A stretch of 64,000 nucleotides of DNA. Source: Gemmatimonadaceae bacterium. Lineage in GTDB: Bacteria > Gemmatimonadota > Gemmatimonadetes > Gemmatimonadales > Gemmatimonadaceae. Below, in pieces: positions 34,618 through 44,358 of this stretch. How positions within the stretch are numbered: position 1 is the stretch's first letter; each line of letters opens with the position of its first letter. Made by a program: the position numbers and the translations under genes. Under the pieces are notes generated by a model. The model saw nothing but the letters and a program-made list of their open reading frames with translations. It had not been told where the DNA came from and made no database searches. The stretch lies in NCBI GenBank assembly GCA_035249045.1, contig DATFGW010000104.1, forward strand, positions 2,542 to 66,541, in the 5' to 3' direction.

Positions 34618-35028
34618 ATGACCCGATCAACCCCGCGCGGCACCCGCGTATCGCACGTTGGAATCGCTGTGGAGGCCCTCGCAGCGAGCGTGCCTTTTTT
34701 CCGCGAAGTGCTGGAATTGCCCGAGGTTTCTCTCGACGACGCCGATGGCGCGCGGATCGTGGGTTTCACTGCCGGCGAGCCCCTGGTCGAGCTACTGGAG
34801 GCGGATGACCCGAATTCGCCGATCGCGCGCTTCGTCGCGAAGCGCGGTCCCGGCATTCACCACATCTGCTTTTCTGTCGACGATCTCGACGCGACGCTCG
34901 AGCGGTGTCGGAAAGCCGGAGTGCAGCTCATCGACGATAAACCGCGGATCGGCGCCGAGGGCAAGCGGATCGCCTTCCTGCACCCCCGCTCGACGGGCGG
35001 GGTATTGATCGAGCTCTCAGATCACTAG
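34618..35028 (+). CDS. mce: Methylmalonyl-CoA epimerase
   Basis: HVGIAV, SPIARFVAKRGPGIHHI, IAFLHPRSTGGVLIEL. Confidence 0.88.
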   Translation: MTRSTPRGTRVSHVGIAVEALAASVPFFREVLELPEVSLDDADGARIVGFTAGEPLVELLEADDPNSPIARFVAKRGPGIHHICFSVDDLDATLERCRKAGVQLIDDKPRIGAEGKRIAFLHPRSTGGVLIELSDH

Positions 35029-35038
35029 CGCGACCGCG

Positions 35039-35491
35039 CTAGCGCCCCGTCCCCGAATTGCCGCAGAAGTCGCGCACGGCGGCGATGTCCATGTTGTCGA
35101 CGTACCAGCGGTCGCCGGGCCCGCGAATCGTGTAGAAAGTGGTCAGCCGGGTGAGATTGCCTTTTTTCAGCTCGACACGAATCTCGCGATGCCCCTGAGT
35201 ACCGGCAGATTCGCCGAGGATTCGCGAGCTGTCGTTATTGAAGTAGCACTGGAGGATGATCTCGCGCTTTTCCAGCTCAGTCCGGTCCATGGTGGCGCGC
35301 GCCGGACCCTTGTTGGTGCCGAACACGGTCGACATCGCCTGCAGGTCCTTGGCGTTCACAGCTCTCAGGAATTGCTCGACGGCCGTTTGCGCGGTGGGAG
35401 CACCGGTGAGCTCGCCGCTGTTCGTCGCGGTCTGAGTCGCGCTCGAGCAGGCGGCAAGGAGAAAAAGGCCAGCAACTTTTCTGAACGACAC
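35039..35491 (-). CDS. Hypothetical lipoprotein
   Basis: GGAG RBS, GTG start, lipobox LLAAC. The upstream part of the track ORF is antisense to pdxJ. Confidence 0.65.
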   Translation of the reverse strand: MSFRKVAGLFLLAACSSATQTATNSGELTGAPTAQTAVEQFLRAVNAKDLQAMSTVFGTNKGPARATMDRTELEKREIILQCYFNNDSSRILGESAGTQGHREIRVELKKGNLTRLTTFYTIRGPGDRWYVDNMDIAAVRDFCGNSGTGR

Positions 35492-35539
35492 GATAGAATT
35501 CTCCACTGGATAAGTAGCTGCGATTGAGGGACGCGGATA

Positions 35540-36271
35540 ATGCGAGCAAAGCAACAACGCCTCTACATCAATATTGATCACGTCGCGACTCTGCGGCAGT
35601 CGCGACGTGGCACCGAGCCCGACCCTGTCGAGGCCGCCGTGATGTGCGAAAGCGCGGGAGCGGACGGCATCACCGCGCATCTGCGCGAGGATCGTCGGCA
35701 CATTCAGGACGACGATATCACCAGGCTCAACGAAACCGTTCGCACCTACTTCAATCTCGAGATGGCGTGCGTCGCCGAGATGCTCGAGCTCGCGCGTCGT
35801 CTCAGACCCCAGCAGGTGACGCTGGTTCCGGAGCGCCGCGAGGAGATCACCACCGAGGGCGGGCTCGACATCATGTCCGAGCCCGCGCGCATTCAGAACG
35901 CCGTCGACGCCCTCACCGACGCCGGCATCCGGGTGAGTCTGTTCATCGACCCGACTCGAGCGGCGGTCGAGCAATCGAAAAAGCTCGGCGTTCCGGCCGT
36001 CGAGCTCCACACCGGCACGTATTCACGCCAGCCTGAGTCCGACGCAACCCTCGACGCGCTGCGCGACGCAGCTCGGCGTGCAGCTGATCTGGGGATCGCC
36101 GTCCACGCGGGCCATGGCCTCACCGTCGCCAACGTCGGCCTCGTAGCGAGAATCCCGGAGATCGAGGAGCTCAATATCGGTCACTCGATCATCAGCCGCG
36201 CGATCTTCGTGGGTCTCGATCAGGCAGTAAAAGAGATGCGCGAAGCCATGCGCGCGGCTCGGTCGTCATAA
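35540..36271 (+). CDS. pdxJ: Pyridoxine 5'-phosphate synthase
   Basis: NIDHVATLR, HLREDRRHI, LVPE.REE.TTEGG, ELHTG, HAGHGL, ELNIGHSI. Confidence 0.96.
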   Translation: MRAKQQRLYINIDHVATLRQSRRGTEPDPVEAAVMCESAGADGITAHLREDRRHIQDDDITRLNETVRTYFNLEMACVAEMLELARRLRPQQVTLVPERREEITTEGGLDIMSEPARIQNAVDALTDAGIRVSLFIDPTRAAVEQSKKLGVPAVELHTGTYSRQPESDATLDALRDAARRAADLGIAVHAGHGLTVANVGLVARIPEIEELNIGHSIISRAIFVGLDQAVKEMREAMRAARSS

Positions 36272-36336
36272 TGGGCGACCTTTGACTGCTGAATTCGCGG
36301 GATTCACCTTTCCGACGTGATGCGGAGACCGAACTG

Positions 36337-37185
36337 ATGACGATGCCGGGCCGGCTGCTGGACTTTTTCTCACTCGAGGCGACTGAGTATCTCAATCGAC
36401 TCGAGACGCTGGTCAATCGTCGGAGTCTGGAATCGAATGACGCGCGCCAGTTTGCGGCGGCCGCCCGTGGACTGCGCGGGAGCGCGACGATGGCGAAGGC
36501 CGGCGGTGTGGTTCAGCTCGCCATGACGGTCGAGCGCATCGCCTCGGGCGTCGTCCAGGGCGCGACCTCGTGGGAGCCGGAGATCCAGCGCGCGTTGATC
36601 GGCGCCGTCGAAGATCTCAAGCTGCTGGTGCGCTCCGTGCGCACGTGGGGCGCCGAGCAGGACGCGCGTCTTCAGGACAGCCTGCGACAGCTCGCGCGCT
36701 ACGCGCCGGCGCGGGAAGAGCGGCGCGAAGATCTCATCGTTCCAATCTCCCACTTGTTCTTCAACGACGAGGGACCGCACATCGTCTACGTCGCGCCGAA
36801 TCCCAAAACCCATTACGAGCAGCAGCTTCGCGAGCAGGGTGGCGGCATCAAACCCGGTGCTCTTTCGCCCGAAGTAAAGCGCGTTCCGACGCCATCGCGC
36901 GAGGTTCCGGTAACCCCTTCCGCGCCGCGCACGCCACCGCGCGGGAAGGAGCTGCGGGACGTTCTCAACTCCAGTCTGGCGACGATGCGTTCGCTCGAGT
37001 CGCGCAACTCCGGTCCCCAGCCACCGATGACGGAGCTGGTCCCGATCCAGGAGCTGCTATATCGCGGTCAGCGCGCCATCGAGCGCGCCGCCGAGATTCG
37101 TCGCGCGCTCAAGAAGAGCGGCACTCCGCCAACGCGCGCGCTCGTGGACGAGCTCGTCGACCTGGTGGAGCTGGCAGCGGAGTAG
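36337..37185 (+). CDS. Hypothetical protein with an N-terminal Hpt-like domain lacking the phospho-His
   Basis: FFSLEATEYLNRLE...ARGLRGSATMA resembles the Hpt AH(T/S)LKGSA motif. Confidence 0.6.
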   Translation: MTMPGRLLDFFSLEATEYLNRLETLVNRRSLESNDARQFAAAARGLRGSATMAKAGGVVQLAMTVERIASGVVQGATSWEPEIQRALIGAVEDLKLLVRSVRTWGAEQDARLQDSLRQLARYAPAREERREDLIVPISHLFFNDEGPHIVYVAPNPKTHYEQQLREQGGGIKPGALSPEVKRVPTPSREVPVTPSAPRTPPRGKELRDVLNSSLATMRSLESRNSGPQPPMTELVPIQELLYRGQRAIERAAEIRRALKKSGTPPTRALVDELVDLVELAAE

Positions 37186-37188
37186 ACT

Positions 37189-38199
37189 TTGCGACCGGGG
37201 TGGCGCGCCGCGCTCGGGGCATTGCTGAGCGCCGCACTCATCTACTGGACGCTGCACGGAATTTCACCCGGGGAAGTCGCACACCGCCTCGCCAACGCAG
37301 ATCCGCTGCTGATGGCGTTGGCGACCTTCTGCGCCACGGCAATCTTCGCGCTGCGAGCCAGACGCTGGGAGACCATCCTCGAGCCGGTCGCGGGTACTCT
37401 TGCGTTCGGGCCGCTGTGGCGCGCCACCGCGATCGGCATGATGGTCAACAACGTGGTGCCCGCCAGGGCCGGCGAGATCGCCCGCGCGTACGCGCTCACC
37501 CGCGAGGAACGCGTCCCGTTCGCGACTTCACTCGCGTCACTGGCGGTCGATCGACTGTTCGATGCGATTGTGCTGTTGTTGCTCGCCGCATTATCACTCC
37601 TCGACCCCAACCTGCCGCAGCTTGGGTCGCTCGGCGGTCGCTCGTTGAGCTCCTTTGCGATCGCCGCCGGCACTCTCGTCATCGCACTGCTGGTGATGCT
37701 CTACGCGCTGGTCTTCTTCCCAAACCAGTTGCTGGCGCTGTTCGAGCTGTTCGCGCGAAGAGTCTCTCCGACAATCGAAGAGCGCGGCAGGCGGATGCTG
37801 GAAACCTTCATTCACGGACTCAGTGTGCTGCGCCGGCCCGGGCATTTCGCCGCGGTGCTGGGGTGGACCATAGCGCATTGGCTGCTCAACGCGGTTGGAT
37901 TTTGGCTTGCCTTCAAAGCGGTAGGGATCACCGCGCCATTTTCGGCGGCGCTCTTTCTCCAGGCGTTCATCGCGCTGGGGACAGCAGTTCCGTCGCTACC
38001 AGGGTTCTTCGGGGTATTCGAGTACATGTCCGTCCAGGGACTCGCCATCTATGGCGTCGGTCAGGAGCAGGCCGCCACCTGGGCAATCGCTTATCACCTC
38101 TTTTCATTCGTGCCGATCACTCTCATCGGCGCCTGGTACTTCACGCGGCTCGGGGTGAGACTGCGTGACTTGCAGCCCACCACCGAGTCGCCGGCGTGA
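37189..38199 (+). CDS. Lysylphosphatidylglycerol-synthase TM / flippase-like membrane protein
   Basis: LRARRW, NNVVPARAGEIAR, DRLFD, PSLPGFFGVFE. Confidence 0.85.
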   Translation: MRPGWRAALGALLSAALIYWTLHGISPGEVAHRLANADPLLMALATFCATAIFALRARRWETILEPVAGTLAFGPLWRATAIGMMVNNVVPARAGEIARAYALTREERVPFATSLASLAVDRLFDAIVLLLLAALSLLDPNLPQLGSLGGRSLSSFAIAAGTLVIALLVMLYALVFFPNQLLALFELFARRVSPTIEERGRRMLETFIHGLSVLRRPGHFAAVLGWTIAHWLLNAVGFWLAFKAVGITAPFSAALFLQAFIALGTAVPSLPGFFGVFEYMSVQGLAIYGVGQEQAATWAIAYHLFSFVPITLIGAWYFTRLGVRLRDLQPTTESPA

Positions 38200-39089
38200 A
38201 CGGACGCGGTGGCCGGACACTCGCGCAGGCGAAGGTAAACCTGTCCCTGCGCGTCCTGGCCAAGCAGCCTGACGGCTACCACTCCATCGAAACAGTCTTC
38301 CTGCGTCTCGCCCTCGGCGATGATGTCAGGCTCCATGTGCGGGCGAGCGCGCGGACTCTGCGCTGCGGAGTGATGCGCGACCAGCCGGAGGACCAGAATC
38401 TGGCCTATCGCGCCGCGGCGCTCTATGCGAAGGAAACGGGTTGGCCGGGCGGCTTCGAGATCGTGATCAAGAAACGCATCCCGATCGGTGGTGGACTTGG
38501 CGGAGGGAGCGCCGACGCCGCCGCTGTACTCCGAATCCTGAACACACTCTCGCAGAGGCCACTGCCCCAGTCAGCGTTGCAGGATCTGGCCGGGCGCATC
38601 GGATCCGATGTGCCGTTTCTCACCAGCGACTACGTGATGGCGATTGGCTGGGGACGCGGGGAAAAACTGCTGAAGCTGCCGGCGCTGCCCGCACGAGACA
38701 TTCAGCTTTTCTTTCCGCCGTTCGGGATCGACACCGCTCAAGCCTACGCTCTGCTCGACGAACGCGGCGAACGACACGACCCGTTGGTACCGGAGCTGAC
38801 CGCCGAAATGTTTCGCGACTGGGAATCGGCTGCACGACACTCGGTGAACGATTTCGAGGCGGTCATTCGTCCCCGCTGGCCGGCAATCGATGCCCTTCTT
38901 GCGCGTGGAGATCGCTATGGACTCTTCTACAGAATGAGCGGTTCCGGCTCGACCGTCTTCAAGATTCCCGGGGTCACCAGGGACATCGAGGCGGCGAAAA
39001 CCCTTCCCCCACTCGAGGTCCCGGAGGGCACTCAAAGGATCGTCACCCGCACCGCCGACAGCGTTGTCCCTGTTGAGATTCTGGACTAA
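38196..39089 (+). CDS. ispE: 4-diphosphocytidyl-2-C-methyl-D-erythritol kinase
   Basis: AKVNLSL, DGYH, KRIPIGGGLGGGSADAA, GSDVPF, MSGSGSTVF. Confidence 0.94.
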   Translation: MNGRGGRTLAQAKVNLSLRVLAKQPDGYHSIETVFLRLALGDDVRLHVRASARTLRCGVMRDQPEDQNLAYRAAALYAKETGWPGGFEIVIKKRIPIGGGLGGGSADAAAVLRILNTLSQRPLPQSALQDLAGRIGSDVPFLTSDYVMAIGWGRGEKLLKLPALPARDIQLFFPPFGIDTAQAYALLDERGERHDPLVPELTAEMFRDWESAARHSVNDFEAVIRPRWPAIDALLARGDRYGLFYRMSGSGSTVFKIPGVTRDIEAAKTLPPLEVPEGTQRIVTRTADSVVPVEILD

Positions 39090-39162
39090 CTTTCGCCCGC
39101 GTTTCCGCTTCGCTTCTCGCTTGTCTCACCCCGCTTCCGCATCCCCTTCCCGCTGCCCGCTC

Positions 39163-39233
39163 TGCCCCTTCGTCCAATGGCAGGACACCGGTCTTTGGAT
39201 CCGGTAATGGTGGTTCGAATCCACCAGGGGCAA
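39163..39233 (+). tRNA. tRNA-Gln (anticodon TTG)
   Basis: TGCCCCT/AGGGGCA acceptor stem, CT-TTG-GA anticodon loop, GGTGGTTCGAATCCACC T-arm; usual ispE-tRNA-Gln-prs synteny. Confidence 0.93.
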
Positions 39234-39272
39234 TTGATCCAAGTCCTTTGTTCACTTAACTTGTAAGGCTGC

Positions 39273-40229
39273 ATGGACGGATTATCCGTACCCGCTCATG
39301 GCTTCAAGCTCATCGCCGGGCCCGGCAACCCGGATCTGTGCGGTGAGATAGCGCAAACCCTGGACGTTCCGTTCTGCAAGACGACGGTGACCAGGTTTGC
39401 CGACGGCGAGATCTTCGTCCGCATCGACGAGAACGTCAGAGGGAACGACGTCTTCATCGTGCAGCCGACGAACCCGCCGGCCGACAACATCATGGAGCTT
39501 CTGCTCCTGATCGATGCGGCGCGCAGGGCTTCCGCGGCTCGAATCACTTGCGTGATGCCCTACTACGGATACTCGCGGCAGGACCGCAAGGACCAGCCGC
39601 GGGTCGCGATTGGTGCAAAGCTGCTGGCAAACATGATCACGGTGGCGGGCGCGAATCGCGTGCTGGGGCTCGATTTCCACCAGCACCAGCTGCAGGGGTT
39701 CTTCGATGTTCCGGTGGACCACCTGTACGCGGCGCCGGTGTTCGTTTCGCACTACCGGAAGAAGGATTTGCACGAGCTCGTCGTCGTCGCGCCCGATGTG
39801 GGATCGGCGAAGATGGCGAGAGGTTTCGCCAAGAGATTGAACGGCTCGCTGGCGATCATCGACAAGCGGCGGCCAAAGCCGAACGTGTCGGAGGTCGTGA
39901 ACGTGGTCGGTGAGGTTGAAGGAAAGGATTGCTTGCTCGCGGACGACATGATCGATACCGCGGGTACGGTGTCCGAAGCGGCAAGGGCGTTGAAGGATCT
40001 GGGTGCTCGCGATGTGTACGTTTGCGCGACGCACGCGCTCCTCTCGGGTCCGGCGGTGGAGAGACTCTCGAGTGCTCCGATCAAGGAAGTGACGGTGACT
40101 GACACCGTCCTGATTCCGGAGGCGAAGAGATTCTCGACTCTGTGCGTGTTGTCGGTCGGTGAGCTGCTCGCAAAGGCGATTCGCTACATTCACAGCGAGC
40201 AGTCGGTCAGCTCGCTGTTCGAAGGTTGA
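39273..40229 (+). CDS. prs: Ribose-phosphate pyrophosphokinase
   Basis: FADGE, PYYGYSRQDRK, APDVG, DDMIDTAGT. Confidence 0.96.
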   Translation: MDGLSVPAHGFKLIAGPGNPDLCGEIAQTLDVPFCKTTVTRFADGEIFVRIDENVRGNDVFIVQPTNPPADNIMELLLLIDAARRASAARITCVMPYYGYSRQDRKDQPRVAIGAKLLANMITVAGANRVLGLDFHQHQLQGFFDVPVDHLYAAPVFVSHYRKKDLHELVVVAPDVGSAKMARGFAKRLNGSLAIIDKRRPKPNVSEVVNVVGEVEGKDCLLADDMIDTAGTVSEAARALKDLGARDVYVCATHALLSGPAVERLSSAPIKEVTVTDTVLIPEAKRFSTLCVLSVGELLAKAIRYIHSEQSVSSLFEG

Positions 40230-40337
40230 GTCATGATCGAGATGATCGGGCGGGCGGCAAAGGAATTGGCGTTGGCGGTATTGGACATTATTGAATGGGC
40301 GTGGCGCCGAGCGACCGCGCCCCAGGGATGAATAGCA

Positions 40338-41021
40338 ATGGCGACGGTTTCATTTAACGCGACAGCTCGCGAAGGCACCGGCAAGGGCGCCGCTCGCAGT
40401 CTCCGCCGTGAGGGATTGGTCCCGGCGGTCATTTACGGTCACGGCCGCGATCCGATCTCGCTGTCCCTAAACGCGCGCGATCTGGACAAGATGCTCGGCC
40501 ACATTCAGGCGGAGAGCACGGTCATCGACATCACCGTCGGCGGACAAACGGCCAAGACTCTGATCCGCGAGATCCAGCGGCACCCGATCAAGCGTCAGAT
40601 CCTGCACGTCGATTTTCAGGCGCTCGTTGCCGGTGAGAAGGTCACCGTGAGTATCCCAATCACCCTGACCGGCATTCCGGAAGGTGTCAAGCTCGAGGGC
40701 GGCGTTCTCGACCAGACTCTGCGCGAGCTCGAGATCGAAGTCGATCCTTCCAACATCCCCGACCACGCCGAGCTCGACGTCAGCGCGATGGTGATCGGCG
40801 ATTCGCTCCACGTCAGCGACATCAAGCTGCCGGAGGGCGTCGAGATTCTCGATGATCCCGAGACTTCGGTTGCGGTCGTTGCCGCGCCGCGCGCGGTGAT
40901 CGAGGAGACTCCCGCCGCCGAGGGTGTCGAAGGCGCGCCTGAAGGCGCCGCCGAGCCCGAAGTCATCGGCAAGGGCCCGTCCGATGAAGAGGGTGAAGGC
41001 GAAGACGAGTCCAACAAGTAG
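40338..41021 (+). CDS. rplY: 50S ribosomal protein L25/Ctc (long form)
   Basis: GKGAARSLRREGLVPAVIYG, QRHP, HVDF, acidic tail. Confidence 0.95.
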   Translation: MATVSFNATAREGTGKGAARSLRREGLVPAVIYGHGRDPISLSLNARDLDKMLGHIQAESTVIDITVGGQTAKTLIREIQRHPIKRQILHVDFQALVAGEKVTVSIPITLTGIPEGVKLEGGVLDQTLRELEIEVDPSNIPDHAELDVSAMVIGDSLHVSDIKLPEGVEILDDPETSVAVVAAPRAVIEETPAAEGVEGAPEGAAEPEVIGKGPSDEEGEGEDESNK

Positions 41022-41038
41022 CGCTTATTGGATAGCCA

Positions 41039-41632
41039 TTGAAGGTCATAGTCGGTCTCGGGAATCCGGGCCGCGAGTACGCCGCGACACGTCACAACGT
41101 CGGCTGGTGGTTGATCGACCACCTCGCCGACGTTTGGCATTTTGACGGCTGGAAGAAGGACGCGGAGTCGCACGTCTCGAACGGCACCATCGGTAACGTG
41201 AAGGTGCGGCTGGTGAAGCCGCAGACCTACATGAATCTGAGTGGACAGGCCCTCAAGAATTTCGTGCGACGCCCGTTCTGGAGCCCGGCCAAAGACCTGC
41301 TTGTCGTGGTAGACGAAGTCCAGCTGCCCGTCGGGCGGATGCGCATTCGTCCGCACGGCAGCGCCGGTGGCCACAACGGCCTCAAGAGTGTTGAGCACGC
41401 ACTTGGGACGCAGGAGTACGGCCGGCTGCGGATCGGTGTCGGGCCGAGCGAGGAGCGGAAGGGGATCTACACGAACCTCGCCGACTTCGTGCTGGCGCCG
41501 TTCGCGCGCGACGAACGGGAGGATATTCTGGCGCTGCTGCCGGAGTTGACTGCGACCGTTGAGACGTGGTTGAAGGAGGGCGTAGAAAAGGCGATGAACC
41601 TCCACAATCGTCGGCCTTCTGCCGAGAGCTAG
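41039..41632 (+). CDS. pth: Peptidyl-tRNA hydrolase
   Basis: VGLGNPG, TRHNVG, KPQTYMNLSG, GGHNGLKS, RLRIGVG. Confidence 0.95.
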   Translation: MKVIVGLGNPGREYAATRHNVGWWLIDHLADVWHFDGWKKDAESHVSNGTIGNVKVRLVKPQTYMNLSGQALKNFVRRPFWSPAKDLLVVVDEVQLPVGRMRIRPHGSAGGHNGLKSVEHALGTQEYGRLRIGVGPSEERKGIYTNLADFVLAPFARDEREDILALLPELTATVETWLKEGVEKAMNLHNRRPSAES

Positions 41633-41646
41633 GAGCTTTCAGCAAG

Positions 41647-41835
41647 GAGCTTGTTGACCGAGTACTCGAACTAACGGCATCGATAATCGCGGACTGATCG
41701 AGGGTTGACGACACCGACTAACCTGCGGACATAGGCGACCTCGGTGCCCTCAGTCCTGCGGTTGTCCTCTTCCTCGGTACTCAGTCAGTCCGCGATTGTC
41801 GATGCCGTTAGTCCGTAATACTCGGTTAATAGCTC
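41647..41835. repeat. About 51-bp imperfect inverted repeats enclosing a structured 87-bp core
   Basis: Arms 41647-41697 and 41785-41835; the inner 28 bp have one mismatch; inner CACCGA/TCGGTG stem. Confidence 0.8.
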
Positions 41836-41867
41836 TGACTTTTTTCTTTCCCAATTACTTTTTCTGG

Positions 41868-42968
41868 ATGCTCAAGCTCGGAATAGTTGGTCTACCCAAC
41901 GTCGGGAAATCGACGTTGTTCAATGCACTCACTGCCGCCAAGGCTGAAGCCGCGAATTATCCGTTCTGCACCGTCGAGCCCAACGTCGGGATGGTCGAAG
42001 TTCCCGACCCGCGACTCAACGAGCTCACGGACATTGTGAAACCGAAAAAAACCGTCCCCGCGGTTGTGCAGTTCGTGGATATCGCTGGTCTCGTCAAAGG
42101 CGCCGCCGAGGGCGAAGGGCTCGGCAACAAGTTTCTCTCGAACATCAGAGAGACCGACGCGATCGTGCACGTAGTCCGCTGCTTCGAGGATCCCGACGTC
42201 ACCCACGTCATGGGGGCTGTCGATCCGGTGCGCGACCGCGAGGTGATCGAGTTCGAGCTCGCGCTCGCCGATCTCTCCTCGCTCGAGAAGCGCCTCGACA
42301 AAACGCGCCGCTCCGCGCGCACCGGCGACAAGGAAGCGCAAGCCGAGCTCCCGGTTCTCGAGAAAGCCTACGGATTTCTGAAGGAAGGCAAAGGACTGTG
42401 GGAGGCGCGGCTCACTGCCGATGAAAAAGCCCTGCTCGCGCCATTGACTTTGCTCACCGTCAAACCGGTGCTTTACGCGGCGAATGTCAGTGACGCGGAG
42501 CTGTCCGGCGAGGAGGGTCCGCATCTGAAGGCGCTGCGCGAAACAGTAAGGAAAAGCGGGGAGCAGGCCGAGGTAGTTCCCTTCTCCGCCAAGATCGAGG
42601 CCGAGCTCGCCGAGCTGCCAGCGGAGGATCGCGCCGACTTTCTGTCCTCGCTCGGACTGGAGTCAGCGGGGCTCGATCGTTTGATCCGCGCGGGATACAA
42701 GCTGCTCGGACTGGAGACGTATTTCACCGCGGGTGAGCAGGAGGTTCGCGCCTGGACGATCCACCGCGGCGACACCGCCCCGAAGGCGGCGGCGGTGATC
42801 CACACCGACTTCGAGCGCGGATTCATTCGCGCTGAAACTGTCGCATACGACGCGTTCGTCGGAAACGAAGGCTGGAAGGGTGCGCGCGAGAAGGGTGTGG
42901 TGCGCTCGGAAGGAAAGGAGTACGTCGTCCAGGACGGCGACGTACTCCTCTTCCGATTCAACGTCTAG
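41868..42968 (+). CDS. ychF: Redox-regulated ATPase YchF
   Basis: [53 protein letters not shown]. Confidence 0.96.
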   Translation: MLKLGIVGLPNVGKSTLFNALTAAKAEAANYPFCTVEPNVGMVEVPDPRLNELTDIVKPKKTVPAVVQFVDIAGLVKGAAEGEGLGNKFLSNIRETDAIVHVVRCFEDPDVTHVMGAVDPVRDREVIEFELALADLSSLEKRLDKTRRSARTGDKEAQAELPVLEKAYGFLKEGKGLWEARLTADEKALLAPLTLLTVKPVLYAANVSDAELSGEEGPHLKALRETVRKSGEQAEVVPFSAKIEAELAELPAEDRADFLSSLGLESAGLDRLIRAGYKLLGLETYFTAGEQEVRAWTIHRGDTAPKAAAVIHTDFERGFIRAETVAYDAFVGNEGWKGAREKGVVRSEGKEYVVQDGDVLLFRFNV

Positions 42969-43021
42969 CTGACTGCTTCAACCTGTAGCCACGCCTACGG
43001 TTCAGATCTTTTCGCTCCCGC

Positions 43022-43525
43022 TCAGTTCGCGGGATGGATCTGATCGCGGATTTCTCCACTGGGATTCGCGGTTGTATGCACGTTCGCGTACGCGTTGCCG
43101 TTGTTGAAGAGCACGCGCAGCGAGTCGAGTGACACCGTCGAGTTATTGGCGTTGGTGATGGTGCCCTCGGCGACGCGACCAGTCAGAGTGCCAGTCTCAG
43201 GGGGCCTGTTGGGCAGGAAAAGGTTGATGATGACCGGGCCTGCCGTCGTTCCGACATTCGTCGCTGCGCCGAGGTGGATATGCGATGCGGTGACGTTGGT
43301 GATGTTCGTCAGGTCGAGGGTCCAGTTGATGACATTGCCATGGTCGACAAAAGTGAAAACTCCGCTTCCTGGCGAGGTGTGGCCCGCGCCTTCGTTCGCG
43401 GCGATCAGGTTCGCGACGTAGGTCTTTCCGGCCGGGCCCGTCGAATCGTCACCACAGCTCGCGGCGACGAGCGTTATTGCGGCCGCTACGATGATTCCAG
43501 CGGCAATTCCAACTGTTCTGCGCAT
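43022..43525 (-). CDS. CHRD domain lipoprotein
   Basis: Lipobox AASC, ASHIH, YANVHTTANPSGEIR. Confidence 0.82.
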   Translation of the reverse strand: MRRTVGIAAGIIVAAAITLVAASCGDDSTGPAGKTYVANLIAANEGAGHTSPGSGVFTFVDHGNVINWTLDLTNITNVTASHIHLGAATNVGTTAGPVIINLFLPNRPPETGTLTGRVAEGTITNANNSTVSLDSLRVLFNNGNAYANVHTTANPSGEIRDQIHPAN

Positions 43526-43645
43526 GTAACCTCCGGGAGAGCGCAGGACAGAAGCTAGATCGGCCACCGAACCCATAAAGTCTCCGACCGCCAATGACCG
43601 CCCACTCGCGGCGAGATGAACGTTCGGCGCGGCGGGCGTCCGCGG

Positions 43646-43674
43646 TTGAATTAGGGCGCTGAACCGCCTAGCTT
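43646..43674 (+). promoter_or_regulatory. sigma70 promoter of the rpsF operon
   Basis: TTGAAT-N17-TAGCTT. Confidence 0.6.
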
Positions 43675-43770
43675 TCCCACTCTGACAACGGCCGCGCCCG
43701 CGGCCTTCACACCTTCCTCCCACTTCGGCAACCAGCGGGAGGCGGTTAACGACCAAAAGGAGGATTGCCA

Positions 43771-44133
43771 GTGCCTCGCACTTACGAGGCGGTCTACATC
43801 TTCGATTCCACTCTCGAAGACGCCGCCATCAACGACAAGATCAACCGCTTCAACGGCCTGCTCGGCGCCAAAGAGCAGCCGGAAGTCACCCATTGGGGTC
43901 GGCGCCAGCTCGCGTATTCGATCGGCCCCCGAGAGAACGGCTACTACGTCGTCTCCAAGTTCAACGCCGAGCCTTCCGCTCTTCCCGAGTACGAGAGAGC
44001 GCTCAAGCTCGACGATGGTGTCATTCGCTACCTCGTCACCCTGCACGAGCACGAAGTCGGCGCTCCACCGCAGTCCGAGGAAGAGCTGGCCGCGGCGACC
44101 CGCCGTGACGACGATGACGACGACGAGGATTAA
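43771..44133 (+). CDS. rpsF: 30S ribosomal protein S6
   Basis: RTYE, WGRRQLAYSI, GYY, VIRYL; AAGGAGG RBS and GTG start. Confidence 0.94.
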   Translation: MPRTYEAVYIFDSTLEDAAINDKINRFNGLLGAKEQPEVTHWGRRQLAYSIGPRENGYYVVSKFNAEPSALPEYERALKLDDGVIRYLVTLHEHEVGAPPQSEEELAAATRRDDDDDDED

Positions 44134-44136
44134 TCA

Positions 44137-44358
44137 ATGAGAAGACCACAAAAGAGCTGCCCGTTCTGCGAGAGCCGCGTTCGATGGATCGATTACAAGG
44201 ACGATCGCACTCTCGGAAGATTCATCACCGACCAGGGTAAGATCCTTCCGTCACGCCTGAGCGGCGCCTGCGCGCGGCATCAGCGCCAGCTGTCGACCGC
44301 GATCAAGAGAGCTCGCTTCCTGGCCCTCATTCCGTACATCCGCGGCCACCAGGCGTAG
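44137..44358 (+). CDS. rpsR: 30S ribosomal protein S18 (zinc-binding form)
   Basis: CPFC, IDYKD, GKILPSR, HQRQL..AIKRAR. Confidence 0.95.
   Translation: MRRPQKSCPFCESRVRWIDYKDDRTLGRFITDQGKILPSRLSGACARHQRQLSTAIKRARFLALIPYIRGHQA

Noticed and set aside
41647-41835. 6S RNA
   Set aside because: The length fits, but the roughly 50-bp near-continuous closing stem and lack of a clear central bubble do not. Not callable without a covariance-model search.
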